Below are positions 26,190 through 39,474 of a stretch of DNA of 64,000 nt, in pieces (positions within the stretch are counted from its first letter, which is position 1; each line of letters opens with the position of its first letter). This DNA comes from Eledone cirrhosa (taxonomy: Eukaryota): assembly GCA_964016885.1 (NCBI GenBank), contig OZ024742.1:41354001-41418000 (forward strand). The letters run 5' to 3'. Position numbers and translations under genes: made by a program. The notes below the pieces were generated by a model. That model was given only the letters and a program-made list of their open reading frames with translations. It was not told the origin of the DNA and searched no databases.

Positions 26190-26790
26190 AAGAGAAAAAA
26201 GATTTATGAAATGCAGTTTGTGCTGAAAAAAAGAAACCCTTGATGCAATTTTTATTGTGAGATAGTTACAGGAAAAGTATGGGGACAAGAGGAATTGGGT
26301 TTGTTGATCTAGAGAACGCTTTCAACAGGGTTCCATGTAAAGTAGTGATATGGACATTGAGAAAGTTTGAAGTGGAGGAATGGTTGGTTATTGATGTCAA
26401 TGAATGAGAAAGTCATAAAAGTGAAGGGGAGCAACAGTGACGAATTTTAAGTGATGAGTGGAGTGCCTTAGGGATCAGTATTAAGCCCACTATTATTTAT
26501 AGTTGTGATGGAGGTACTGGCCAGAAGTGTAAAGGAGGGTTTACCATGGGAGTTGCTGTCAGTGGATGACCTGGTGTTAATGGCAGAGAGTAGGGATGAA
26601 TTGGTCATTTGCAGTGTGCAAAAAGGGTGTTGGAGTAAATTCCATTTAATGTATGATGTGCATTTGATGGTACATCAAATTTAGTGGTGTGAAGGGATTA
26701 ATAAATAATGTGACAGCTACATTTAAGTATAAAGTGTGTATGGAGGGAGCTACACAGGGAAAGGATGTTGAGCTAGATGTTGGGAATGGT
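26190..26790 (+). mobile_element. Degraded RTE reverse transcriptase fragment
   Basis: MQF, FVDLENAFNRVP, GSVLSPLLFI and PWELLSVDDLVL remnants. Confidence 0.75.
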
Positions 26791-27142
26791 CGCCAATAAA
26801 GTATCAGATCAGTGCAACTCTCTCTCTCCTTCCAGCTATCACATGAAGGATGTTCTACTGGATCACAGAGGGAGAGTCAAAAGGTTGTCTGTAACCTAAA
26901 ACACTTTGCGAAAGCATGGTACATCAAACTGATTTGCAAGTGACAGCCATAGTAGTTGTTTTATGTTTAAAACTAAACTGGTGACATCAATGTGACTGAC
27001 ATTCAACCATAATAGTTGACCTTTCCTTCAACACCTCTGATGTCATAAAAACAAATTATATATTAAATATTTGAAATCCAGATGTAAATCATGTTAATGT
27101 CAACGTTTTACAACTATAAATTAAGAAGATAATACTCATTTT

Positions 27143-27377
27143 TAACCCCTTTCATACCAGACTGCCTGCAACCACCTCCTGGCTCTATGATACAAAACTG
27201 ATTGTTTTAAAATGTATATACTTATTTAAAATTATTTCATCATAATTTTATGTTAAGTTATGGTCCAAACAAAAGATAGATAGTGAAAAAGTTAGTTATA
27301 CAGCTAGATATGCCCAAATTCTTGATTTTGAAAATTATACGCAGTTTTCATTAGAAATATGGTAATGAAAGAGTTAA
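27143..27377. mobile_element. TTAA-flanked MITE (piggyBac-like ends); relatives at ~4663-4867, 31131-31640, 32185 and 40332-40519
   Basis: TTAA-CCCCTTTCATACCA ... TGGTAATGAAAGAG-TTAA termini. Confidence 0.65.
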
Positions 27378-27472
27378 CTGTGTGCATGTGATTTAGATTA
27401 AGTAAACTATATCCTTGTGTGTCGTAAGAAGTGACTAAAAAGGCATCCAGTTGTAAAATATTGCCTCAAAAA

Positions 27473-28114
27473 TCTATATAAAAGAGAGATGTCAATTGGT
27501 TGGTTGAATCACACGAAAACTACACACACACACACACATCTAAAGAGAGAGAGATACAGAGGGAGAGGCAGAAAGAGAGAGATAGGCCGTTATACAGAGA
27601 GAGAGAGAGAGTGATGTCTCACAAAAGTTTAAAATCTACTTAAAATATAGATCCTTTAATCTATAGGAAGGTTTAACAACATTGCATTTATAAAGTTATT
27701 TTACAGTCTTTGATTTTACAGAACAAAGAAAAATTTATACTATTTGAAATTAATCTACCCTCCAGCTTTTATCCATATACTACTTACAGTCCATACTAAT
27801 GAAGCTAAACACTTCAGAAGCAATGTTATGCAGTATATTGCTGCGTTTCAGATGACGTGCTTTGGAGCTGAAAAAGTTCATACTGACTATGGTTATTTCA
27901 CATTTAAAATCCAAGGCCAATGCTACCATTTAATCAGCAGTTTACTCCTCCAGCCTAATAAGGAAGTTTTTTATTGTTTTTTTTTTTATGTCTCGCTCAC
28001 ACACGCACATTACGGTCTCACCTCATATCAGACAACACATCCAATACAGTCGTTTTATCTTTTATCCGTCTTCTCTTAACTATTCTCCCGGGTGAAGCCG
28101 GGTATCTAAGCTAG
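27473..28114 (+). mobile_element. Non-autonomous Helitron carrying a RepHel N-terminal fragment
   Basis: 5' A|TC start, 3' hairpin CCCGG-gtgaag-CCGGG followed by CTAG|T. Internal HFRSNVMQYIAAFQMTCFG...TFKIQGQCYHLISSLL motif. Confidence 0.85.
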
Positions 28115-29023
28115 TGTATGTATATTTATGTAAAAAAACCTTCCATCATAATTTATGTAGAATCTTTGTTATTTTCCAAACACCATTTTAATGAGAAAGT
28201 TATATTACTAAATACCTCTAAATTCTTGATTATTTTCCAAATTATTAAAACATCATAGGCAGTGCTTTTCTTTCATTGAAATATGGTAATAAAAGGTTTA
28301 AAAATCCACCATGTTTTTTTACACATCCAATCAAGTGATTTTGAAACATTTTCTAGTGTTCCAAGGTCTGAATAAGAAGTGAAGTTTTCAGCTTCCAATA
28401 AATACACTAAATAATTTTATTTTTACTATATGTGTATATATATATATAAAAGAAATAATAGAAAACCTATCTCTTATTTTCTTATCACAAAAAAAGTACT
28501 GTTGATTACAAAAATCACCATGTCATGTTAGATAAATATATATAATTATATAATTTCTTTTACAGACAAAATACAATGTGTAGGTTAAAGAATTAGAGAA
28601 AAACTCCCTTTTCACTGCTTAGCATCCAGTAATGATTCAGCAAAAAATATCTAAAAATGGGCTTGCAAATTGAAATGTTTATAGTATTCTTATCGGTAGA
28701 CGGATCATTGTGAAAAATTGCAATATTAACATAAGGACTTTAATTTTTAAATTAATGCAGTCTTAGTGCTGTTTTGTACTTTTCAAGGAAGGTTTGCTAG
28801 TGAAATTTCAATTTCATGTGGTACAAGATGTTTTAAGTGAATTCAAATCTTTATAGCATCTTTACTAGTGGATAGATCATCATCATTTAATGTCTATTTC
28901 CCATCACATTCTGATGCTAGAATGCCCTTCCTAATGCCAACCACTTCACAGCATGTATCATGTGCATTTTATTGTGACACCCAACACTTCTGCTTTACAG
29001 AATGGGTTGGGTGTATTTTAGAG

Positions 29024-29366
29024 CAGTGCTTCTCAAACTATCTGATGTGGCAGACTGGCATTTTTTTTTTCAATGTGCCATGTACCGCTAATATTTCGTA
29101 GTAATATTAATTTATACCGGAAACGATATATATATAATGAATATAATAAAAGTTGATCATTTTTTATCTTCTATTTATTTTGTAAACAAATAATACAATA
29201 TCAAAACATATAAAAAAGTAATAAAAAAAATAACAAGCAGTTTATTTTATTAACACAAAAATAAAAATTATATAAACTTAATCTTTACTAGTGTGAAAGG
29301 CCGCGTACCGGTAGCTGATGGCTCGCATACCGGCACCGGTCCACGGACCACCACTTTGTGTAGCAG
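29024..29366. mobile_element. hAT (Charlie-like) non-autonomous element
   Basis: CAGTGCTTCTCAAA left end, degenerate TTTGTGTAGCAG right end, 8-bp TSD TTTTAGAG. Confidence 0.75.
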
Positions 29367-31222
29367 TTTTAGAGCACCAGCACCACCACTTTACAGAATG
29401 TGTAGACATGGTGGACTGGGTGCTTTTTATCATGGTACCAGCACTACCACTTTTCATTACTATGGCACTCATTGCATCCTTGGTCATGTTTTGAAGGCAA
29501 TCTATGAAAATTTGCAGTATTAAACTAAAGATTTCAATTTTGCATGTGATGCATTCATAGTGCTGTTTCATACGAGTTCATTTCTAAAAGTGGGAGGAAG
29601 ACTAAAATATCTATAACTACTAGTATACTTTAAATCATCCTCATTGTCGTTGTCCTTTAATGTCCACCTTTCATGCTATATTCTGATTAAGAAGTTTGCA
29701 TCACAACCACATGCTTTCAAGTTCAACCCCACAGCACATCATCAAGGGCAAGTGTCTTCTACTATATAGTCTCCGGTTGACCAAAAATTTGTGAAGAGAA
29801 TTTGGTATACAAAAACTGTTCAGAAGCCTGTCTGTTGTATGTGTATAAGTGTGTGTGTGTGTTTATGGTTTAAAAACTGGAGTAGTTTGTTAGTGCTCCT
29901 TAATGTCCTGTAACCTAGTGGATCAACGAATAGAGATCAATAAAATAAGTACTGGAGGGGGAAGGGGTGTGATATGATCACCTAAACTCTTGAAGACAGT
30001 GTGCCAGTATGGTGGGCCCTGGAAACTGAGCTCTGTTTTCTGATCTTGATGAGACCAACTCATATGCAAGAAGAGAAGACTGTAATGACTGAACCCAGTA
30101 AAAGAACAAAAGAATATACAAATTATTAAATGAATGAATTCCTGTGGTTCAGTATCAGCATAAGTTTTGTCATCTTGTTCATGGGGCGCGACCCTATTAC
30201 AGCCGCACTCTAGGCCCAGAGCCCAACCACCCCACCCACCCCCTTCTTCAGTGACACTAGAGCCCTTGACTTCCTTTTCGTTTTTTTTTTAAATATTTTA
30301 TTTTACATTCCATTCTTTCTTCTCAATCTAAATTTCTTTTTTCTCTTTCTATTAAATTGTATTTACATTTCAGTAATGCTAAATGGGTGAAATGTTAACT
30401 ATTAACACCCAGTACTACATAAAAACACATTAGCAAGACATTCTTGAAAAGTATAAAACATTCACTGCACCATATCAAAAATTAAAGTCGTTAGTTTACT
30501 GCAGATTTTCATATGTTCACTAGTAAAGATACTATAAATATTTGAATCATGAAACCCTTCTTTGAAAATTTTCTTCTAAATCATTATAAGATGATAACCA
30601 CTCTACCTAGTGTTTCATATGTAATTTCATGAGACATATATTGTGTTGTCACCCCCGTGGATATAGTTTATATTTATAGTAAAATTTCTGTCTAGAGACC
30701 CCACCCCTTCAAAAAAAAAAAAAACAAAAGAAAAATAAAAGTAATGTTTCATTGCTACCAATATTTGTTTGACATACAGGAGTGCATAATAACAATTCAT
30801 GAAACTACGTCAGAATGAAAAATATATTTAGGATTTTTAACTCATAACGTCCTGTTCCATATAAAACTGCATTGATAAGATATTGTTGAAAAGTATAGAA
30901 CATCACTACGACTGCACCACAAAAACATTCAAGTCTTTTAGGCTTTAGAATTATTATAGATACTGTATCATGCCTCTGATATTATGTGGAAAGGTGATGA
31001 AAGGTCTTTGGTAATGAAATGTTTTTCTATTGATAAGATTAATTAGTGCAGTGTTGATATAGCTAAGGTATTGATGGCGGGTGTCTTGACTATGCTGTTT
31101 TATTTGTTACTGTAGATGTCGTATAATGTTGAACCCTTTAGCATTTACATTACTATTATATTTTCATGGTAAAGGATTTATTTCACATATGGAATCTACG
31201 AGATTTTGATGATGTTATTTAT

Positions 31223-31600
31223 TTATACCATAATGCCAGTATGAGTGGCCAGTTATGGCTGGTTTGAACAGAAAGAGAATACCATAATGCCAGTATGAGT
31301 GGCCAGTTATGGCTGGTTTGAACAGAAAGAGAATACCATAATGCCAGTATGAGTGGCCAGTTATGGCTGGTTTGAACAGAAAGAGAATACCATAATGCCA
31401 GTATGAGTGGCCAGTTATGGCTGGTTTGAACAGAAAGAGAATACCATAATGCCAGTATGAGTGGCCAGTTATGGCCGGTTTGAACAGAAAGAGAATACCA
31501 TAATGCCAGTATGAGTGGCCGGTTATGGCCGGTTTGAACAGAAAGAGAATACCATAATGCCTGTATGAGTGGCTGGTTGTGACAGGTTTCAACAGAAAGA
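31223..31600. repeat. 54-bp minisatellite x7 inside a TTAA MITE
   Basis: Unit ATACCATAATGCCAGTATGAGTGGCCAGTTATGGCTGGTTTGAACAGAAAGAGA. Confidence 0.95.
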
Positions 31601-32524
31601 GGTAAGAGAATTCTGGCTGGATTAAGGGTTAACGGGTTTAATTTTAGAATTATTTTGAAGTTAATATGATTAAACAATATAGAGTACATATTACAAATTT
31701 ATCGGCTAGTCACAATCTAACAGAAAACAGATATTAAGGTTGACTTTAAAGTTTGTCCTCTTTGTATCAGTATAGCGAGTTAGTTTTAATTTTAATGTGT
31801 TTTGTTGTTGAATGCATCAGAAAAAAAAAATTGTTTATAGTACAAATTTCTGTCTGGGTGAAAGCAAAAAGCAGTGTTTCATTGCTACTTATGTTAATAG
31901 CATATATTTATTTGGCATATGTGGAAGGTGTGCATATATAATATATATTCATGAAACTATGTTAGAATGAAATAAATATTTATGAATTAATAAAGATTTT
32001 TATCAAAAATGCATTCACAATATCCACATAATGGTTTCATGAGTCAATAATCATTGTCAACTTGTTGCTGTTAACAATATCAGTGGATAAAAGAGAACTA
32101 CTTGCATTTGCTTAACATATATATTTATGAATTAATTTTAATGATGATCACCAGCTGGCCGAAGGCAACTTCGTTTTCCGTCTTTTAACCCTTTAGCATT
32201 TAAACTGGCCATGTCCAGCCGGAATTCTCTCTCATTTCTGTTCTAACTGGCCCCAACCGGCCCCTCATACCGACGTTAAGGTATTGTTCTCAAAATAAAT
32301 GACATCAAAATCTCAGATTTGTGAAATAATTATGAAAGATAAAGCCTTTTCTGTGAAACTATAATAGTATATATATAGAGTAATGTAAATGTTATGAAAG
32401 AAAGTCTTTACTGTGAAAATACAATAGTATATATAGAGTAATGTAAAGGTCTTCACCCTATTTTATAAGCTATCTTTATAGCATTTCTCTGCTTGAGCAC
32501 TTTCTACATACTTATAATCATATA

Positions 32525-32813
32525 TCATCATTTCATTTCCGCTTTTCCCTGCTTGCAAGGGTGGGACGGGAACTGATTCTGGCTTGATTTCTACAGCTGG
32601 ATGCCCTTCCTAACACCAACCTCATTTACAGTGAGTGCTGGGTGCTTTTTGCCGTGGTACCTCCACGACCACCTCATTTCTACAGCTGAGTAAACTGGAG
32701 CAATGTGAAATAAAGTGTCTTGCTCAAGGAAACAACACATCACCCGATCTGAGAATTGAACTCACAACCTTTCAATTGCAAGGCCAATGCTCTAACCACT
32801 GAGCCATGTGCCC
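32525..32813 (-). mobile_element. tRNA-derived SINE (family A) with internal deletion
   Basis: Same family as the copy at 11447. Confidence 0.88.
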
Positions 32814-32814
32814 C

Positions 32815-33273
32815 TATATATATATATATATATACACAAAGCTGATGGCCATATGTATGTAACAAACCTTTTGCCAAACGGCTGGGCCAAACAGCACCAT
32901 AGATATAACTTTTTCCAAGTAAGACAGTGGGGGTAGTTTTGTCTTCTAAATTTCGTTAAAAATTAAAGATATTTTATTGTTTATTTAAATATTCACTTCT
33001 TTAAAATTTTCAAATGTCAACACTTCCGGTTATATGACATTCCCCTCTCTGTCTTAGTCTGTCTTTTTAGATAGATACATAGCTATAACGTCGCATGCTT
33101 ATAATATCTGTCTGTCTTCACAAACCAAAGAATCGTCTTCCTGTTTTCCTTCGGTTGCAACGTTTTTCGAAATATTTACTTCTGCGTTCACAGATTGATT
33201 TCTTTTAGTTTCAAAAGATCCCATTAAGGGTGAAAGCAGCGATTCTGTGTTTAAACTTTAATCTGTTATTTTG

Positions 33274-33308
<35 letters not shown>

Positions 33309-33925
33309 TATTCATGTACAGATATTTTTGCATACACAAAAACAAAATATAAACAAACGTATTTATTTCACGAAAGCTCAGACGGCTTATCGTCATTGTT
33401 ACTGCTGATATGCCACCTAAAAAGTCCCAGCGTGGGATTACAAGATCAGATTTTCCAGAAGAAAAAATGTTACTAGAGCAACAGAGAGACTAAGCTTTGT
33501 GATTACCATCAACAAAGCACAGGGTCAATTGTATGTAGGATGCTCTAGGGTGAGTTCGCCAAACAATCTCTTCATCTTTGCTCCTGAAGGCCGAACAAAA
33601 AATATTGTATACTCTGAGACTAACAATGTAATTTATGTATTTTCTGTTACTTGGAATTTCCATTATGGTTGTACCAATTATTGTAAAGTTTTTAAAAAAA
33701 TTTGTTCTCTGTTCAACCTTTATTGTTGTAATTATCAATTTTCTTTACCATACTGGCTGCTGAATTGGGGAATCTTAAAAACTATTCAAACCCAACATCA
33801 GAGCATGTTAACCCCCACCCCCCACCCTCGCTGACTTGAGAGAGCGTGCGGTATCTTTGCACTGGAGTGGAGGAGGGCATCCTGAAAAGATAAAATGCTG
33901 GTATACCTAGCTGGGTACCAGCTAG
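32815..33925 (+). mobile_element. Non-autonomous Helitron with a Pif1 helicase C-terminal fragment
   Basis: ITINKAQGQ/LYVGCSRV...GRTKNIVY.E (helicase motifs V-VI, internally deleted). 3' hairpin and CTAG at 33922-33925. Confidence 0.85.
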
Positions 33926-34260
33926 TTTATATTATAAAGCTGACGGCCGTATGTATGTAACAAACTTTTCGCCAAACGGCTGGACCAAACCGCACCATAG
34001 ATGTAACTTTTTCCAAGAAAGTGAGAGTATTTTTGTCTACTGAATTTTGTTAAAAGATAAAAGACATTATTTAAATATTCACTTCTTCAAAATTTCAAAT
34101 GTCAACACTTCCGGTTATACAACATTCCTCTCTCTTTCTTAGTCTATCTATTTAGATTGATACATAGCTATAATGTCGCACCCTTATAATATGTCTCTGT
34201 ATGTCTGGCTGTTTGCATTAGATACATAGCTATAACGTTGCACGCTTATATCTGTCTGTC
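33926..34260 (+). mobile_element. Second head-to-tail copy (5' part) of the same Helitron
   Basis: AAAGCTGACGGCCGTATGTATGTAACAAAC... repeats the sequence from ~32838 onward. Confidence 0.8.
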
Positions 34261-34346
34261 TGGCTGCCTGTCTGCATTGACTTCGCTTCTAATCAACTTT
34301 TAATTAATTCAGTGCAAAGATACTGCACACCCTCTCAATAAATATA

Positions 34347-35164
34347 TCTATATATCTAAAACAGAGAATGTCTGTCTGTTCCCCTAAAACTCGAGAACCA
34401 CCCAACGATTTTTTTCAAACTTTACACATGTAATACTTATGGGCGTCTAAGTGTTTTGAGCAAAGAATATTTCAATTTTTCAATGCCCTAAAGGCTTTTT
34501 TGAGGCATAACGGAACAATAATCCAGGCGATTTCTTCAAAATTTGCATTACTTATGTCGTTTAAAGTATTTTGAGCAAAAAAGATTTTCTCAGTTTTTTG
34601 CCCCAGGGACCACATTAGGTGAAAAACCGATTGTTTGAAGCATTTTGGTTGCGTTAGGGCCTGTAATTCGAGAAGTACCCAACCGATTTTTTAAAACTTT
34701 GCATATGCATTACTTATGTTTCACAAATTTTCTTGACTGAAAAAGATTTCAAATTTTTGTCCGGGGACCGCATTGTTTAGCATTTTGGTTGTGTTAGGTC
34801 CTGTAACCTTAAAAGTATCCAACTAAATTCCTTCATGCTCTCCACTACTGCAGCCCCACACGCTTACTGCTCTGTAACTATTGCTTTCATTGTACCATAG
34901 CACAACAAATACATGTTTGGTTTGTCGAACGCCTTTTTACTTAACCCTATAGTCTTGACTTTCGTGGGTTGAACATTTTACTCTCAGGCACCCAATTAAG
35001 TTAAACCCCTGGTAATCTACGACAAATTTTTTTTTATAAGCACAAAATGTAGACACCATCACCAGGCCGAGGTATTCCGTACTTCTCTGTACTGTTTCAG
35101 AAAGGAGGGATAAACATGCCAATCTATGTTTAGAATCCAGAGCAACGCCGAGCCATTCTGCTAG
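34347..35164 (+). mobile_element. Non-autonomous Helitron, second family; a 5' fragment also lies at 39028-39162
   Basis: A|TCTATATATCTAAAACAGAGAATGTC start, degenerate CCAGAGCAACGCCGAG hairpin and CTAG|T end. Confidence 0.75.
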
Positions 35165-35187
35165 TATATATACATATATATATATAT

Positions 35188-35636
35188 ATATTGTTATACT
35201 TTGGGAGGGTCATGTTGCCAATAAGAAACACACGCACCAGTTGCTTTCACTTCAATTTATTATAAATTAAATTTATAAATTTAGGAATTTACAAATTTCC
35301 GGTTGGTTGGTTGGTTCCACAACCAGACGATTGTTCATATATTGTCAAAGTTCTTTCGTCACACATTCAGTGACCTCTTCAAGAAAAGAATCCCCAGTCA
35401 CTGAAGAGGTCACAGAATGTGTGAAGAAAGAACTTTGACAATATATGAACAATCGTCTGGTTGTGGAACCAACCAACCAACGGAAATTTATAAATTCCTA
35501 AATTTATAATAAATTGAAGTGAAAGCAACTGGTGCGTGTGTTTCTTATTGGCAACATGACCCTCCCAAAGTATAACAATATCGGTTTTAACACACGTTTT
35601 CAGATAAAGAATCTTGCTAAACAAATTCAGAAACAA
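35188..35636 (+). mobile_element. Fold-back hammerhead mini-element (~190-bp arms), same family as 10736-11092
   Basis: Arms 35188-35381 and 35402-35581. Hammerhead at 35396-35440 (AGTCA-CTGAAGA-gGTCACA..TGTGAa-GAAAGAACTT^TGAC). Confidence 0.85.
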
Positions 35637-36151
35637 AATATATATATATATATATAACAAAGGAATTGTGGTAAGGAACCAGATGGACCATAACGCACCA
35701 GAGTACTCAATACTTAGGGTAGTAGAGTGGGAAATAGGAAAAAGTATGACCCTGACAGCAGAGCTCAAGCCGTTTCGACGGCTATTTCTGGAGTCCAGAA
35801 ATTTTAGTTTCCTATATATATATCATGATCATCATCGTTTAACGTCTATCGTCCACACTAACATAGGTTAGATGGGTTTGTCCCATTTGAGGCAAATTGG
35901 GTCATGTGACCATGTCTCGCTCATATAAGATTGTTTCTGGCTGGATGCCCTTTCTATTGCCAACCACATTTACAGTGTGTGCTGGGTGCTTTTTACCATG
36001 TCTCCTACATGACCACTTTAGAGTGTGGACTGGGTGCTTTTTATCGTGACACCTACACGACCACTTTACAGTGTAGGCTGGATGTTTTGTGGTACTAACA
36101 TAACTTTACAGAGTAAAGATGATGTAGGCGGAATGGAAGGGAGGTGTAGAG

Positions 36152-36490
36152 CACAGGTTCTCAACCCATTTAGACCAAACGCCCCCTTTTGTCCCTTGAA
36201 ATCACGAAACTCTTTACGTTGAGTCAATAATTTCAGACATGAAATACATTGTTATCGGTGAAGGAAAGATAAGATTCTAACTGGCTGCGTTCAAAGTGTC
36301 TTTGACCCAGTTGACTGTGGCTTTTTCCATTTTTAGGATCTCAATTACCGGTTAACGTCTCAATTACTGGACATGCCTGCACACAGCTGCGATCAGACTA
36401 TAGTTATGCTGTCTGCAAGCTCATTCAAACCGCAGCTGTGAGCAGGTGTGCAGGCATGTCCAGTAATTGAGATCCTAAAAATAGAAATTT
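36152..36490 (+). mobile_element. hAT-like left end plus an internal hairpin
   Basis: CACAGGTTCTCAAC terminus after TAGAG. Inverted repeat TCTCAATTACTGGACATGCCTGCACAC / GTGTGCAGGCATGTCCAGTAATTGAGA at ~36358-36472. Confidence 0.5.
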
Positions 36491-39280
36491 ATACAGCTGT
36501 CGTCCTTCATATACATCACATGACCATACCAACGTAATCTCCTCCCTAGTAAACTGCATCTGATCTCTCTTATGCCTAATTTCTCAGTTTGTTTATACTT
36601 TGCTGTTTGTGTGTGTATATATATATATAATCACACACACATATATATAATAATGAAGTCAGTATATTTGAATCTTACATAATTTTATTGATTACTTTGT
36701 TTCTGTTATATATTTCAGTGGTATCTATTATATAATAAATATGTTAACACCAACTTAACTACTACATAATGGAAACTTATTTTTCTTTAACCCCAGTCCA
36801 ACTCCTTTCAAAATGACGTATGATCAAAATATTCCAACTGTAAACCCCCTTTCTTTTAATTAGAGATGGTATAACTAGGATTGTGCCATGACAAAATGCA
36901 CCCAATACACACCTTAATATACAATGTAAGAGCATTTGGTTATCTAATTTGTCTTCTCTCAGCCCATGATGATCTGCCGAACCCATGCCAGCATGGGAAA
37001 CGAATGTGAAGTGATGATTCAAATAACCACAAATTGTTGGTCAGCCATGAGCATCCCATTTTTAAAGTTAGAAATTATGTATCCAAATGTGTCCTTTCCT
37101 TTTTTAAGATGGCAGAATGTGATGTGAGAGATCTAGCTGCTATTTCTAGCATGTCAACCAACCACAGAGACTCTCTTGGGTTGATGTAAGACCAATGAAT
37201 GGGTATATTTAGAATGCAGTATTAACTCTTACTGTCCTGTACCACATCTAACAGCATTCGTAAGACATTCTTGAAAAGTACAAAACAAGAACTATGACTG
37301 CATCACATTAAAAATAAAACCTTTACTCTAATATTGCAGATGTTCACAACAATCTGTCCATTAGTAAATATAGGATAAACATTTGAATAAAGAGACCCGT
37401 TTTACAAAAGAAAATTTTGTTCAATTACATTTCAAACACCAGCTTAACTCTTGTTGCTTTGTACTGTATAAAACCACATTAACAAGACATTTTAAAAAAG
37501 TAACGAAACTGTACCACATAAAAAATTGAAGTCTTTACTGAAAATTTTCACGATCTGTCTACTAAAAATACTATAAACCTTTTCTGCTAAATCATTAGAG
37601 GATGTTAAGAGTTAACTAGATAAGAGATAAATTCACAATTGCTCTTCTATCACAGCTAAAAAAAGAAAAACAACTTTTAAACTCCACTTCCCTTGCACAC
37701 ACACGCACACACACAGTAAGACAAACTGAGTCATGTTCAGCCCAGATACACACAACTGAATATTTGCCATTAAACCATTTAAGATATAGCTTTGTAGTCA
37801 TATTTCAGAGCAAAAATGTATGGGATATCAACAACTAATTACCACAATTCATCTCATAATTACATACCCTTATTATTATTAACCATTTTATCAGTAAAGA
37901 AAATCATTGAAAACTTGTTAGGCTGTTGATTCCACAATCATGGGTTGTATTCTTGAGTAAGACAGCTTCATTTTATGTTGCTTTTTATTAAAACATTCAA
38001 GAAACCTCCTAAGTGATGCAACCTCATATAAGACCTGCTAAACCTTCATAGGTGTGACCTGTAATAATATGATTGGACTGTGGACCTTACCATTAAAACT
38101 CATAGGAGGCCAGTTAAACCTGCATAAATGTGAATTGTAACAATATGATAGGAATGGCTCTTGTCATTAAAACATCCAAGAATGATATGCAACCTTAAAG
38201 GAAACCAGCTAAACCTGAATAGGTGTGAGCTGTAAATTTAATTTAATTTAATTTCAAGGCGATCTGACAAATATTTTCTTGTTAGTTGAATCACATAAGC
38301 TTGTATAAATGTTATGCCTCTGTAGAAAATATTTTCTTTTTCTTTTCTTTTTTTTGTTGTTGTTGGGAATGACAGAAGCTGATAAAGAACTAGTATAATT
38401 AACTGATTTATTGTATCTAGTTTGGTACTTATTTTACCTTTTTCATATCAAACCACCTGAAACTACCCCTGGTTTTCTGATAAAAAAAACTGTTGGTTTT
38501 AAAGTGTTTATATTAATCTAAAAATTTGCTGTGATAATTTTATGAAAGAACTTTTTTTAAGCTATGCTTTAAACATCAGATTATTTGAAAATCCCTCCAA
38601 ATTGGTAGTTTTGTCCCTTTTGAAACCAAACCACTTGAAACTACACCTTATGATGCATGCATGGTCCCATAACTCCTGAGGGTGTTGTAGGGGCACCGTA
38701 TTGACATACAGTGTTTCTAAGGTATTTTAAAAAACCTGGCAGAGCCCATCTCCTCTCCAAGTCTGAATACAGTAGATTTCCTCCAAAGAAGGATTAAGAG
38801 TGAGAGAGAAAGGAAGTGAGAAAGAGATATAGAAAAGGAATCGACCCCAGTACTAGACTGGTATGTTTTTTTTATCGACCTAGAATGAATGAAAGGCAAA
38901 GTTGACCTCGGTGGGATTTGAACTGTGTGCAGAGAGCCAAAATGAATACAAAAAATCCGACATTCTAATGATTCTGCCAATTTGCTGCCTATAACCAATG
39001 ATACAAAACTTAATATGAAAATGATTATCTATATATCTAAAACAGAGAATGTCTGTCCGTCTGTCTGACTCCCTAAAACTCGAGAACCACCCAACCGATT
39101 GTTTTCAAACTTTACACATGTAATACTTATGGTCCTGTGAGTGTTTTGAGCAAAAAATATTTTATCACCATATTTCTAATGAAAGACATTACTTATAATT
39201 TTCAAATCATTCTTAAAATAATAAAATATATGAAGAGATTTCATAATATAACTTTCAGATTATTCAGTTAGTATTTAGAG

Positions 39281-39474
39281 CAGAGGTTCTCAAACGTTTT
39301 GGGCCACCGTCCCCCTTACAGCCACGTAATACCCTCAGTGCCCCAACCCTATTTCCAGAGAGGCCTGCCTACACACAAATTGTAAATAATATATAATAAA
39401 TAAAATTGTTAATTTATATATAATAAATAATAAATTCATAGTATTGGCGGTAATGCTCACTTTGAGAACCTCTG
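39281..39474. mobile_element. hAT (Charlie-like) MITE
   Basis: TIRs CAGAGGTTCTCAAA/TTTGAGAACCTCTG, with an exact 8-bp TSD ATTTAGAG. Confidence 0.92.

Noticed and set aside
31215-31689. ORFs with an 18-aa repeat
   Set aside because: Artefact of a 54-bp minisatellite; no splice or domain evidence.
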